Assembly: GCA_050012755.1 (NCBI GenBank)
Contig: JBEKGO010000003.1
Location: 29,168 to 93,167 of the forward strand
Reading direction: 5' to 3'
Source of the DNA: Candidatus Bathyarchaeia archaeon
GTDB taxonomy: Archaea > Thermoproteota > Bathyarchaeia > Bathyarchaeales > Bathycorpusculaceae
DNA: 64,000 nt
The notes beneath the pieces are model-generated. The model searched no databases, was not told where the DNA came from, and worked only from the letters and a program-made list of their open reading frames with translations. Of the stretch, positions 8,511 to 18,721 are shown piece by piece (positions within the stretch are counted from its first letter, which is position 1; each line of letters begins with the position of its first letter). Made by a program: the position numbers and the translations under genes.

Positions 8511-10037
8511 TTGAACAAAAATCGCATAAGAGTTCAGTACAGTGGATTTATTGTTTTTTCGTCTCAGCTACTGAGTGTAGTTACTGGACTCATCTTTACG
8601 CTTTTGCTTACCAGAACTATGTCCACAGAACAGTTTGGCATCTGGACAAACATGTTTGATTATCCTGTATACTTTTTGATTTTCAGTGGAATTCTACCTT
8701 TTTGGGCAACAAGATTTGTCGCAAGGGGCAAAGAGGGAACCGTTAAAACTGGCACTTCAGTGCAATTATTGATAGCTCTTGTTTCAACTCTGGTTTATCT
8801 GCCCGTTATAGTTTTAATTTCAAAAGGAATCGGCACCCAAGCTTACTTACTAATTTACTTGATATCAGCACTTTACATTTTCAATACTTACATGATTACG
8901 GTTTTTGAAAGCATGTTACGTTCCATAAGGCCTCAAGTAATTGGATACGGCTTATTGATTGAAGAGACAGTGAAAGTCGCAGTTGCCTTAGTTGTGATAG
9001 TTGATTTAAAGCAGGTGTTTCTTGGTGCAATTTTAGCTCTTGTTATTTCTGCTTTCGTTCAAATATTATACTACACACGACTTGTGGCCAGTGAACTTAA
9101 GAAAAAAGTAAACTGGAGCTACATTAAAGAATGGCTCAAGGGCTCACCAGCAATTGTTTTTAACGCATTCGGCGGAGTATTGCTTTCGTTTGTCTTTATC
9201 TTGCTTTTCATCTATGGTGGGTCGGAAGCCCGAGCTTATTACCAGGCGGCTTTTACCTTTACGAGCGTAATTTCTTATTCTTCTTCCTTGGCATTCGCAT
9301 TATATCCTGTATTGTTAGCAAAGACTTGCCCAGAAGAACAAGTTGGAGAATCATTTAAGACGGTGTTGATGTTGGCGATTCCATTAGCTACATTAACCAT
9401 GGTTATGTCCACTTCATTCTTGACTATCCTAAAGTCTTCTTTCAATGTTGCTTGGCCAGTCCTTATCGCATTAACGATTGATACGTTGGTAGTTTTGATC
9501 TTCAACTTCTATACTTCTTGTCTAATGGGAGCAGAAGCTTTTGATGAGGAAGGAAGAATTTCGTTACGTAAACTTGTTAAAAGCAAAATCTTTCTTGTTT
9601 TTGGCGTTACATACATTCAAGGCGCAATTGCCTTGCCCTTGATTTACTACATTCTGACACATACAGCGGTAGCTGGACCAGTACTAGCAACAGTGTACAC
9701 AATATCTGTACTCATTGGCGTTCACATTTCATCATTTATTGGACTATACTCGTTTAGACGTGGCTCATTTAGGATACCTGTTGCTTGGAAAAGCATAGGT
9801 AAGTACATAGCTGCTTCACTCTTAATGGGAACTGTGCTTTTCCTGTTACCAAATACGACAACCTTAACTTACACATTAGGAAAAGCCATAGCTGGCTTTC
9901 TACTTTACGTGGGTTTGTTAGTTGCCATTGATGTGAAAGCGCGCCAACTAATCAAGTTAATTTTTGCAGAAATAAAAGGGTCCTGGCAGCAGCTCACAGC
10001 GAAAAACGGAAGTATTGAGCCTGAAAACGTTTCTTAG
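8511..10037 (+). CDS. Polysaccharide flippase / MOP-superfamily membrane protein
   Basis: About 14 hydrophobic segments in 508 aa, Wzx-like N-terminus. Confidence 0.65.
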   Translation: MNKNRIRVQYSGFIVFSSQLLSVVTGLIFTLLLTRTMSTEQFGIWTNMFDYPVYFLIFSGILPFWATRFVARGKEGTVKTGTSVQLLIALVSTLVYLPVIVLISKGIGTQAYLLIYLISALYIFNTYMITVFESMLRSIRPQVIGYGLLIEETVKVAVALVVIVDLKQVFLGAILALVISAFVQILYYTRLVASELKKKVNWSYIKEWLKGSPAIVFNAFGGVLLSFVFILLFIYGGSEARAYYQAAFTFTSVISYSSSLAFALYPVLLAKTCPEEQVGESFKTVLMLAIPLATLTMVMSTSFLTILKSSFNVAWPVLIALTIDTLVVLIFNFYTSCLMGAEAFDEEGRISLRKLVKSKIFLVFGVTYIQGAIALPLIYYILTHTAVAGPVLATVYTISVLIGVHISSFIGLYSFRRGSFRIPVAWKSIGKYIAASLLMGTVLFLLPNTTTLTYTLGKAIAGFLLYVGLLVAIDVKARQLIKLIFAEIKGSWQQLTAKNGSIEPENVS

Positions 10038-10114
10038 CAAGTGAAAATTAATATCTTTAAAAGAAGATTCTTACTCGAAGCGATTTTTCAGCTCGCTTAA
10101 AGGTTGACCTATCA

Positions 10115-10735
10115 TTGAAGGATGAATGCGGCATCTGCGGTAGAGTTCTAAGGGTAGCTTACATGCGTAAATGCGAACGCTGCAGGAAACTGTTCTGCCG
10201 TGATTGCATGGTGCCTGATGTTGCTACTGGCGACCCTAATGCAATGCTATGTTTGCATTGTGCTAGACGGGTGGTTTCGCCGCGAGCAATAGGCAAGTAT
10301 GATGGACTTGAGAGCCACTTAAAGTTTAGAGCTGCCTTTACAAACATGGTGAAGCTTTCTTTTGCTAGAATAGATGGTTTAATCGGCAGCAGTCTTCCAA
10401 TGGATGCTTTTAGAGACACAGCTTGGTGGAACAACTCGTCACGTAATACTCACACAAAGGCTTGGTTGAATGCAGGCTGGGAAGTGCAGGAAGCAAACCT
10501 CAAAGAAGGTTATGTTCTCTTCAAGAAAGTGCGTAACGTTTCACCTAAAAAAGGCGGGCGGCGTAAACTTGAGATCAACAAGCCATTTACACCTGTACCT
10601 GTTCATAGGCCTCGGTCTAAAGTGCCATCAAAAACTAAAGTGTCAAAACTCTATGCAAGGATTAAAAATATGGAACGAAACCGTGCTGCGGAGCAGCGGC
10701 ATATTAGAGGATTTAAGGCAAGGCCACGTCATTAG
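10115..10735 (+). CDS. Zn-finger protein with basic C-terminal domain
   Basis: Four CxxC pairs at N-terminus, then 'AWWNN...KAWLNAGW' domain and K/R-rich tail. Confidence 0.7.
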   Translation: MKDECGICGRVLRVAYMRKCERCRKLFCRDCMVPDVATGDPNAMLCLHCARRVVSPRAIGKYDGLESHLKFRAAFTNMVKLSFARIDGLIGSSLPMDAFRDTAWWNNSSRNTHTKAWLNAGWEVQEANLKEGYVLFKKVRNVSPKKGGRRKLEINKPFTPVPVHRPRSKVPSKTKVSKLYARIKNMERNRAAEQRHIRGFKARPRH

Positions 10736-10778
10736 AAGAAGCTTTTTAGGTACATAGTATTATTAAGCCTTAATCTAA

Positions 10779-11315
10779 TTGGTGCCATGGTTGCTTGAAC
10801 GAACCGTCAGCTTAGAAATTGATAAAGCATATGTTTTCATCAAAACTGCTTTTTCTGATAAAGGCTGTAAAATAATATCTGAAGAATCTCCGAACAAGAT
10901 TTTGCTTAAGCAGGGATCACTTTGGGGTATATCGCCCAATTCTGCGAAGAAAAAAATACAGGTTAATCTCGAAGCGGTTGATTCTGTAACAAAAGTGACT
11001 TGCTCTTCTCGTTTGAGTTCAGACTGGAAAAACATAACTTTAATCGGCTGCGTCTTAGCTGCCGCGTTAACAGGTTTATGTCTGTGGATGGCTTTTGATT
11101 TAAGTACATTTATTGTTACTCACAAACCTAGTATCTGGAGTTGGTTGGTGACAGTTAACGGCAATATTGATTTTCAAGTGGGGCAAGCGTTTGTAAATTT
11201 AACTAAGACTCTTGCTGTTTTCCTCTTAGTCATTATTTTTATAGAAATCGCGATCACTGTCTACGTGCATGTTAGAATAAATAGGTTTGCAGAACAAACT
11301 CTCAATTCAATTTGA
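10779..11315 (+). CDS. Membrane protein of unknown function
   Basis: Soluble N-terminal domain plus two TM helices. Confidence 0.65.
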   Translation: MVPWLLERTVSLEIDKAYVFIKTAFSDKGCKIISEESPNKILLKQGSLWGISPNSAKKKIQVNLEAVDSVTKVTCSSRLSSDWKNITLIGCVLAAALTGLCLWMAFDLSTFIVTHKPSIWSWLVTVNGNIDFQVGQAFVNLTKTLAVFLLVIIFIEIAITVYVHVRINRFAEQTLNSI

Positions 11316-11329
11316 GAATAGGATCATCT

Positions 11330-12508
11330 TTAAGCTATTTTTTTACCGCATTTCTCACAGTATAATGCAAACGATTTGTTGCTTGAGCCGCAGTAAATGC
11401 AGAACTTTGTTGCATCGTTTTTGGGTTCTGTGTTATCGACTAGCTTACCTTCTGAAATATTTTGGTTTTCAGTTGGGGAAATGCTTGGTTCAGAAGAGGC
11501 TATTTGTTTGGATTTTGGCTGTTTGTTTGTTGCCGTTTTAACTGTTATAACGATTGAAAAAACTATTGCCGTAACGATAACAATGAACAGTACAGGATAA
11601 TCTGAAATTAAGTTAAGAGATATTGGTTGAACAGGTTGAACAATTGGTTGGGTAATGTCAGGCGAGCCCGTGGGAGCTGTTCCGCTATTTTGTGTTGGTG
11701 CAGATGTTGGCGTACTAGACGTGTACGGCGAAATGCTTGGATTAGGAGCGATTGTGTAACCTGTTTGTGAATTTACAACGAATTGCTTGTTCTCATCTAT
11801 TGGATAAATAAAAGCGCTTTTTCCTTTGAACTCATCTGGTAGATCGCCCAGTTTGAAGCCTACTCCCGTAGTTTCTGCATAATAGTATGTTTGATTTTGA
11901 TATGTCCAAAAGGTTCCTTGAAGGTTATCCCCAAGTACGCCCACCGCTAAGTGGTCTGGTGGGTTAATGAAAACTGCACCGTAGCCCAATCCAAGAGTTA
12001 AGGTTACAAAAAGATCGGATTTGCAGTCGCAGTCTCCAGTTTGATCTACTAATACTTCTATTGGAAATCTAGGATATTCCTCGTAACCGGTGCTATTCAA
12101 ATCAGTGGAATATGGAATGCTTTGCACGAAAGCTAAAACAAAATTTATCTTATCAACTGGGCCATATCCAAGCTGGTTTGCGGTTTCATTGAGCTTTTCA
12201 GTTAGGGTTTGCATATAACTATCTTTAGTTGTGACCATCAAGTCATAACCGGCGGGTCCATTTTGTGTTCTAACGGAGTCAGGTACTGCTTTGTAAGCAT
12301 TATAGAGAGCTACTGGAATGCTGAGGTTCCAGATCCAGTGGTTTCCGCCATAATCCCATGAGAATTCTCTTGTATAATTCTGACTTTGATCAGGGCTCTG
12401 AGCTAAAGCCACTTCAAAAGGGCGTACAATAGGCACAAAAACGAAGAGAACTAACGCTAAGATAATCATTAATTTTACTGATTTACTGCTCAAAGGTGAG
12501 TTACTCAT
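11330..12508 (-). CDS. Secreted/membrane-anchored transglutaminase-like protein with C-terminal double zinc ribbon
   Basis: Signal peptide, GDCDCKS / DHLAVG / YAET catalytic-like motifs, S/T/P linker, TM helix, CIYC..CEKC. Confidence 0.75.
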   Translation of the reverse strand: MSNSPLSSKSVKLMIILALVLFVFVPIVRPFEVALAQSPDQSQNYTREFSWDYGGNHWIWNLSIPVALYNAYKAVPDSVRTQNGPAGYDLMVTTKDSYMQTLTEKLNETANQLGYGPVDKINFVLAFVQSIPYSTDLNSTGYEEYPRFPIEVLVDQTGDCDCKSDLFVTLTLGLGYGAVFINPPDHLAVGVLGDNLQGTFWTYQNQTYYYAETTGVGFKLGDLPDEFKGKSAFIYPIDENKQFVVNSQTGYTIAPNPSISPYTSSTPTSAPTQNSGTAPTGSPDITQPIVQPVQPISLNLISDYPVLFIVIVTAIVFSIVITVKTATNKQPKSKQIASSEPSISPTENQNISEGKLVDNTEPKNDATKFCIYCGSSNKSFALYCEKCGKKIA

Positions 12509-12688
12509 TCAGGCAACTTCAATAGCGGTAACATTTAACGTACTTTCGTTTAAAACTTGTCCCAAATCATCAATTACCGCTAACTGTTGAACAGTTGCTA
12601 TCAGCAAAATTTGATATGGCAAAATACAAACTATCTCCTACAATTGACAAAACGTAAAAGATTTCAGAAACAGAAGTCAATATAGCGA

Positions 12689-12970
12689 TTATTTTTGTTT
12701 GATTATGCCATAACTCTGCTTTTTCCAAGCATCCCTAAACTTATTGTAGTAATCAATCGGCTGGAAAACAGGTGCATACGTTAACTGCCACTCAAGACCA
12801 CACTTGCAGACAGCATAAACTTCTTTTTTATGCACATTCGCCAAAATCTGCAACAGTTCTTTCCTGCATTTTGGACAGTAATATGGTCCATTAACCATTT
12901 GCTTTGCATCTTTGGTTAAAATTTTAATTCTACTGCCAGGAACTCTATGCGCGTCTTTACCCAAACCCAT
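12689..12970 (-). CDS. Elf1-like zinc-ribbon transcription elongation factor
   Basis: YYCPKC...VCKCG...PIDYYNKFRD resembles archaeal Elf1. Confidence 0.65.
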   Translation of the reverse strand: MGLGKDAHRVPGSRIKILTKDAKQMVNGPYYCPKCRKELLQILANVHKKEVYAVCKCGLEWQLTYAPVFQPIDYYNKFRDAWKKQSYGIIKQK

Positions 12971-13290
12971 CTTCTGACACTTACTTTAAATCTTAATTCG
13001 ATGCTTCCCTCAAGATATACCATTCCATTATTGACGATTAATTTTCACATGAGAAATTCGAATTTGTCTTGAAATTATGGCTCGGAAACAGTTTCAGGTA
13101 TTTTGAACTTTAATAGCTTAGAACTTGGTAGTAATCCTGTTTATGCAGCACCTTTCCGCAAACTAAAATTTTGAATTTGAAGCTTTTTCTTCAATTTTGT
13201 GCTTTTTCGTTTTGGGAGAGGCTTGGAATAGGCTTAGATTAGCGAAAGCTTGGAGAAGGCGGCGTTTTGTTTTTGAAGTTGTGAAGAAAT

Positions 13291-13360
13291 CTGACGTGTT
13301 TCTGCGCTGTTTTGACGTGATCTTGCGCATATTTGACGTGTATTTGCGTATTTTGAACGT
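13291..13360 (+). repeat. CG-phased array with 10/11-bp alternating period (21-bp dimer)
   Basis: CG at 13295, 13305, 13316, 13326, 13337, 13347, 13358; units alternate TGACGTG / TGCG. Confidence 0.75.
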
Positions 13361-13561
13361 ATAGACAATTTTGAAAACTGAATCTGCAGAATCGCCGGGT
13401 CTCCCAGAAATTCCCGCTTACAAACAGCCTGTTCCACAAAGCAAACTTTGCATAGTATGCCAAAACTCAAAAAACAACTTTTAGCCTTCCCAACCGACAG
13501 TGAACAAATGCAATAAACCTTAAATCAAACACAGATATTGGAAATACAAGCAACACAAAAC

Positions 13562-13640
13562 GCGGTTGTCGTCTAGTCTGGTTTAGGACTTTAGCCTTCC
13601 AAGCTAATGATCCCGGGTTCAAATCCCGGCGACCGCACCA
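13562..13640 (+). tRNA. tRNA-Gly(TCC), intronless, encoded CCA
   Basis: Acceptor GCGGTTG/CGACCGC, anticodon stem TTAGC-CTTCCAA-GCTAA, T-loop GGTTCAAATCC. Confidence 0.96.
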
Positions 13641-13881
13641 CCTCTTCCCCAAAAGCAACTTGATTTAAGTCCTGTTGATTTTGCTGACCGTTACAGAATT
13701 CCGTAACGCCGTTACATTTTTCCGTAACGCCGAAGCAGCATTTTTGGAGAAGCGCCATTTCTTCTCGAAGTCCTTGAACTTTCAAGTTTACACGATGACG
13801 AAGAACACGTCGGTAATCTACATCAAAGTTTTCGGGCGATTTTAGGAATTCAAGCTCAATCTTGCTTAGCAAGTTTTTCAC
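13591..13881 (-). mobile_element. ORF reading antisense into the tRNA-Gly 3' half; candidate N-terminal fragment of a split (SSV-type) integrase
   Basis: ORF ends ...VVRSPGFEPGIISLEG across the tRNA T-arm; accessory genes follow; no catalytic integrase half seen. Confidence 0.5.
13688..13729. repeat. Two tandem 21-bp units, each a CGTTAC-N8-GTAACG palindrome
   Basis: CCGTTACAGAATTCCGTAACG / CCGTTACATTTTTCCGTAACG. Confidence 0.8.
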
Positions 13882-14120
13882 CTTAAGAATCTTGTTTGCA
13901 TTGCCATATTTAACCTATTGATTTATGTTTAAAGTGAGACTTCAGTTTTTCGCAACAATCTGCCTGTTCTATGAAAAATTGGGTAAATCAAGTATAATAT
14001 AGTAATTGGTCACCTTGTTTTCTATAGGACAGCAGTCGCTGCAAATTCAAAGCGAGGGTGTGATTTGAAACTTGGAAGCGACAAAGATGTCACCTGCAAA
14101 ACTCTTTTTTTTCTCCTGAA

Positions 14121-14234
14121 CATTTGGGTAATTGGTTGAAGAGGATAAAATTAACATGATAACGATTGAAGAACGGTTTAGTTGTATTTTCCATTCTTTT
14201 CTCCTTTAGTCAGTTCCATTGCCTCAGCAAACCC
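14121..14234 (-). repeat. CCTCAGCAAACCC-ended dispersed repeat, copy 1
   Basis: CATTCTTTTCTCCTTTAGTCAGTTCCATTGCCTCAGCAAACCC, aligns with copies ending at 18855, 19539, 19647. Confidence 0.8.
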
Positions 14235-14250
14235 ATCTTGTTACTCAAAA

Positions 14251-14548
14251 CTAACATTTACTCTTAACAGGCTTCAAAAATGTAGTCAAGTACTGCCTTA
14301 TCCAATTAGACTTCTCTAATGATGTCACAGCCTTCTTTCTTGGCGTCTTCCTCAGAAATTTCACCCAGGTTCTCCTGGCGCCTCCTAACAATTCTAATCG
14401 CGCCAATATACTTCGTGTAACCGGCACGAATACCAATTACTTGACCAACGGAAAAAACCTGAACTCCAGGCTTGCGCCTAATATCCCTGCGCGTCTGAGT
14501 CTTCTCACCTGTAAGAACCTTTTCCAGGAGAGCTTTCTTAAACATCAT
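14251..14548 (-). pseudogene. ASCH-domain protein, frameshifted/truncated
   Basis: GEKTQTRR ... ISEEDAKKEG motifs; the expected 'SLEE...W' helix continues in another frame (TSLEKSNW). Confidence 0.7.
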
Positions 14549-14913
14549 GTTTCCTAATCTAATATTACCCCTTATAACAATTTTTTTGAGGTTGAGAGGA
14601 TTTCTCCCACAACCCTCTCCGTTTTAGTATTGTAAGCAATTGTACAGCGGCAGTAAGTATTTTTCTTCTAATTTTACTGTAGCCAATAGCCGCCCTATTT
14701 TTCTGCCCATGTACGTTTGCTTTTTCACGTTTTGTTTTCTGCGTAGGTGTTGATAAGGCTTAATAGTTTCTTGCATTGAGCCTATTTTCAGCCTGCCTGG
14801 TTTTTTATTTCACCTAAGTGATCCGAGTGCTATTTTCCCACATCATATCATACCAATGTTGAATTGCTTGGACTGCACTGAGCTTGTTTGGCTACAAGCA
14901 AAGTTGCGCCAAC

Positions 14914-15693
14914 TCATTTTATTTGGGCGCTACTCCACAGGTTTTCAAAGTAGGCGTTCGCTAATTCGGCAACATGAGGACTATTTGTCCACAAGCTGGG
15001 TAACGGTTTTTCTGATACCATTACAGTCACTTCTTGTTTATCAAATATGTGCATTCCAAATAGAATATGTGCCTCGGGTAAATATCTGAGTTCAAAGAGG
15101 CGATTCTTCAATAATGGTTTTGGATTCTTGGCAAATGTTTCTTCATTTACTTTTGGTATAATGGCTCGAATTTTTACGCCTCTACTCATCGCCCTCTTGA
15201 GCCAGGAGCATTCATGAAAGAATCTCTTCTCGCTGCTTTTCAGTGGTACAAAAAAATCAATACTTTTTTTGGCCGCATTAGCCATCTTTTCATGCATTTT
15301 TAAAAGTAGCGCTAATTGAGAAATAACTGTAAATTGTACGTTTTCCTGCTCCATGTTTTGGTTTTTATTCTCGTTGAAATTATTGAATATTTTTTTCCCT
15401 TGTTTTTCTTTTTCAACATACTTTTGCTTCTCGTTTTCAAGTAGAATATCAATGCCTTCATTAATTTGGGTGGCTTTATACCTTATTGGTTTGGCTATTA
15501 CTTTTTCAACTAGCCCCTTTTCTTGGAGTTCAGTGAGTAATCGATAAACGTCTTGGGATGCTACTTTTGACACCTTAGCCACTATTCTTCCTGTTGAGGT
15601 ACCTGATATGACGAGGGCTAAGTAGACTTTTGCCTGCATTACTGTAAGTCCTAAATTAACTAATGTTTGTATATATTCATCTGGTGACCGCAA
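14914..15693 (-). CDS. TrmB-family transcriptional regulator
   Basis: LGLTVMQAKVYLAL...DVYRLLTELQEKGLVEK HTH; C-terminal PLD-like sensor (IFDKQEV...YFENLW). Confidence 0.9.
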   Translation of the reverse strand: MRSPDEYIQTLVNLGLTVMQAKVYLALVISGTSTGRIVAKVSKVASQDVYRLLTELQEKGLVEKVIAKPIRYKATQINEGIDILLENEKQKYVEKEKQGKKIFNNFNENKNQNMEQENVQFTVISQLALLLKMHEKMANAAKKSIDFFVPLKSSEKRFFHECSWLKRAMSRGVKIRAIIPKVNEETFAKNPKPLLKNRLFELRYLPEAHILFGMHIFDKQEVTVMVSEKPLPSLWTNSPHVAELANAYFENLWSSAQIK

Positions 15694-15929
15694 ACTCTCT
15701 CCTCCCTAAGCATTCGAGTTGCGAACAAATTGTTATTAAACTTTTCTAACAAACAGGCTACTCTCAAAAAATACTCGTAATGATCGAATATTTTAGGCGA
15801 TAAAATAGAAAAAATAGTCAGATTTCCATTAACGTATTTCCAAGTATCCTAACTTTAAAGTGCCCAAATCAGCTTGTGCCAACCAATCGATAAGACAGAA
15901 CTTTAGCTTTCGTTTTTTCAGTATGTAAA

Positions 15930-18683
15930 TTGGTAGTCGAACTGACTTACAGCGATGTTTTAAAAACAATTTTCGTTGATGTTGAGGGCACAGAAAAAAT
16001 GGAGAAAAAATACGTGAAAATAATAAAAAATAAAATAATAACTATTGCGATTGCTATTTTCTTGATGCTTTCGATGTCAGCTTCAATGATGCTAGTACCA
16101 ACTGCTACTGCGCATACACCAGCTTGGCAAATCCCCACATATGCCTACATTAATGTTGCACCTAACCCAATTGGTGTCGGTCAGCCAGCTTCCGTGTATC
16201 TGTTTCTTACAAACTATTACTACGGTGCACAATATGGAAACGACCTCAAATTCCACAACTACAAGCTTACCATTACAGCGCCTAATGGAGCGGTAACAAC
16301 GCAGAATTTTGCTACAGTCGTAGACTCAACATCAGATCAACATACTTCATTTATTCCTGATCAAGTCGGCACGTACAATTTGACCTTCACTTATCCAGGA
16401 GAAACCTACACATCAACCGAGCTAATATCAGGAAGTGTATTTGTTCCTCCAGGACCTAACGATTACACAAACGATACTTTTCTACCCAGCAGTGCATCAA
16501 CAACTCTTACAGTTCAGCAAACAGCAATACCTGCGGCCATAGCCAGCTACCCGCTTCCAACCGCTTACTGGACACGACCAATCTACGGTGAAAACTCCTA
16601 CTGGTACACGATTACATCAAACTGGCTAGGTACGGGCGCACCAGGCTACGGTGGCTGGTCCAATTTGGGCTACGATGCCATGGGATTCGGAGGCGGTCAG
16701 GCGATGTTTCCAGGAGACGCCGTAGGATCTCAAACTAGCCATGTGATGTGGACTAAGTCGCTGCAATCCGGTGGAGTTGTAGGAGGAAACGATGTTGGTA
16801 CTGCACAGACTTACTTCGACGGATCTGCATACCTGATTAGATTCGACAATCCGATAATACTTGCTGGAATGCTCTACTACACAGAACCATTAAGCTTCTC
16901 GGGAAGTGATTCTGGACCTACTGACTGCGTTAACCTACAAACAGGACAACTTATTTGGTCTCGCACTGATGTACCAACGCTAACAATGGGACTTGTCTTT
17001 GACGTCCAAACCCAAAACGAGCACGGAGTTACTCCACCAATCTTAGTAGCAGCTAGCGGTTCGACTTGGATGGGCTATGATGGAGACACAGGAAACTGGC
17101 TGTTCAACATGACTAACGTTCCTGCTTTAGGTGCTGGAAAGGTAATGGGGCCAAGCGGTGAATACTTAAACTATGTCATGGCAAACGCGGGCACTGACTC
17201 GAAGCCAGATTGGCGTTTAGGTGAGTGGAACTCTACTAAAGTGTTTATGCCAGACGGTTCAGCTGCACCAACACTGACTGGTACATTGGATGGAAGCGTT
17301 TCGACTGGGTCGAACACCTGTTATGACTGGAACGTTTCGATACCATGGTTAAACACTATGACGTCGACACCTACTGTTGTGAGCGCTAACTATAATGATG
17401 GGATACTTTGCTACAATGGTACTCTGCCTTCAAACGGTGAAAACATGCTTTTCTCTGCAGTAAGCACAACTCCCTACACTTACTTCTTTGTCAACCTCAA
17501 TGCTTCTCGTGGTGCAATCGGTTCGGTATCGTGGTGGAATACACTTCAGCCGCCAGCAAACAACTACACTGTCGTTCAAGCCGGAGTTGATTGGAACACT
17601 CGCATCTTCCTTCAATCATATAAGGAAGCTACACAATGGGTCGGATTCAGCCTAGATTCAGGTAAGCAAATATGGATAGCCCAACCGCAAACGGCTTTTG
17701 ATTACTATGGCAGTCCAAGCGCAGGCATTTTATCCGGTCAGATTGCTTATGGTAGGCTTTACAGTTGTGCAATGGGAGGAATACTCTACTGTTATGACGA
17801 TACTACTGGAAAGCTATTGTGGACTTATGGTAATGGCGGTGAAGGCAACAGCACTAACTCTGGCTTTAACTGGCCTTACGGCAATATCCCAACGTTTGTG
17901 AATGCTATTGGCAACGGAATAGTATACTTGATTACCAGTGAGCATACTTGGGTGTCGCCACTTTACAAAGGCGGATTGGCGCGTGCTGTTAACGCAACTG
18001 ACGGAACAGAAATCTGGACTATTTCATCGGCTACTATTGAGTTCGGTTCGACAAGCTATGCTATGGCTGATGGCTATAATACATGGTTTAATAGTTATTC
18101 CAACCAAATTTACACTGTAGGCAGAGGACCTAGCGCTACTACCGTTTCAGCACCAAACACCGCTGTAGAATCTGGATCGCCAGTAGTGATACGAGGTACA
18201 GTCACCGACATTTCTGCTGGCACAAAGCAAGACCAGCAAGCAGCTGATTTTCCGAATGGTGTTCCAGTTGCATCTGATGCTAGCATGAGTTCTTGGATGG
18301 GCTATGTTTATCAACAGAAACCGCTTCCAACCAACTTTACTGGTGTTCCTGTAACGATAAGCGTCGTTGACTCTAACAACAATTTCAGAACCATTGGCAC
18401 TGCAACAACTGACGCAACCGGCATGTATACCTTAACATGGACTCCGGACATATCTGGCAACTTCACTGTTTACGCTAACTTCGCTGGCACTAACGGTTAC
18501 TGGCCATCATATGCAGAAACCTCTTTTGTCGCAAATTCAGCACATGCAACAACTGCTCCAACTGCAACTGCTGCTGCATCTGTCGCTGATACATACTTTG
18601 TTCCCGCAATCGCCGGACTATTTGTTCTAATCATTATAGTCCTCGCTCTAGTAGCTCTGCAAATGTTTAGGAAGCGACCGTAA
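15930..18683 (+). CDS. Large PQQ-like beta-propeller cell-surface protein (true start probably ~16000-16014)
   Basis: Signal peptide, repeated 'xxTGxxxW' propeller motifs, Ig-like C-terminal domain, TM anchor plus RKRP tail. Confidence 0.9.
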   Translation: MVVELTYSDVLKTIFVDVEGTEKMEKKYVKIIKNKIITIAIAIFLMLSMSASMMLVPTATAHTPAWQIPTYAYINVAPNPIGVGQPASVYLFLTNYYYGAQYGNDLKFHNYKLTITAPNGAVTTQNFATVVDSTSDQHTSFIPDQVGTYNLTFTYPGETYTSTELISGSVFVPPGPNDYTNDTFLPSSASTTLTVQQTAIPAAIASYPLPTAYWTRPIYGENSYWYTITSNWLGTGAPGYGGWSNLGYDAMGFGGGQAMFPGDAVGSQTSHVMWTKSLQSGGVVGGNDVGTAQTYFDGSAYLIRFDNPIILAGMLYYTEPLSFSGSDSGPTDCVNLQTGQLIWSRTDVPTLTMGLVFDVQTQNEHGVTPPILVAASGSTWMGYDGDTGNWLFNMTNVPALGAGKVMGPSGEYLNYVMANAGTDSKPDWRLGEWNSTKVFMPDGSAAPTLTGTLDGSVSTGSNTCYDWNVSIPWLNTMTSTPTVVSANYNDGILCYNGTLPSNGENMLFSAVSTTPYTYFFVNLNASRGAIGSVSWWNTLQPPANNYTVVQAGVDWNTRIFLQSYKEATQWVGFSLDSGKQIWIAQPQTAFDYYGSPSAGILSGQIAYGRLYSCAMGGILYCYDDTTGKLLWTYGNGGEGNSTNSGFNWPYGNIPTFVNAIGNGIVYLITSEHTWVSPLYKGGLARAVNATDGTEIWTISSATIEFGSTSYAMADGYNTWFNSYSNQIYTVGRGPSATTVSAPNTAVESGSPVVIRGTVTDISAGTKQDQQAADFPNGVPVASDASMSSWMGYVYQQKPLPTNFTGVPVTISVVDSNNNFRTIGTATTDATGMYTLTWTPDISGNFTVYANFAGTNGYWPSYAETSFVANSAHATTAPTATAAASVADTYFVPAIAGLFVLIIIVLALVALQMFRKRP
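15933..15966 (+). promoter_or_regulatory. Imperfect palindrome (candidate TrmB operator) just upstream of a TATA-like box for the propeller gene
   Basis: GTAGTC-GAACT-GACTTAC followed by TTTTAAAAAC. Confidence 0.45.
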
Positions 18684-18699
18684 AAATGCGAAACAAAAA

Positions 18700-18720
18700 A
18701 TTCCTTTTCCCTTTTTTTTA
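18700..18720 (+). terminator. Pyrimidine/oligo-T terminator-like tract after the propeller gene
   Basis: TTCCTTTTCCCTTTTTTTT. Confidence 0.5.
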
Positions 18721-18721
18721 G

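Noticed and set aside
13234-13658. Short minus-strand ORFs around tRNA-Gly
   Set aside because: Translations of the periodic array or of the tRNA antisense strand; no protein motifs.
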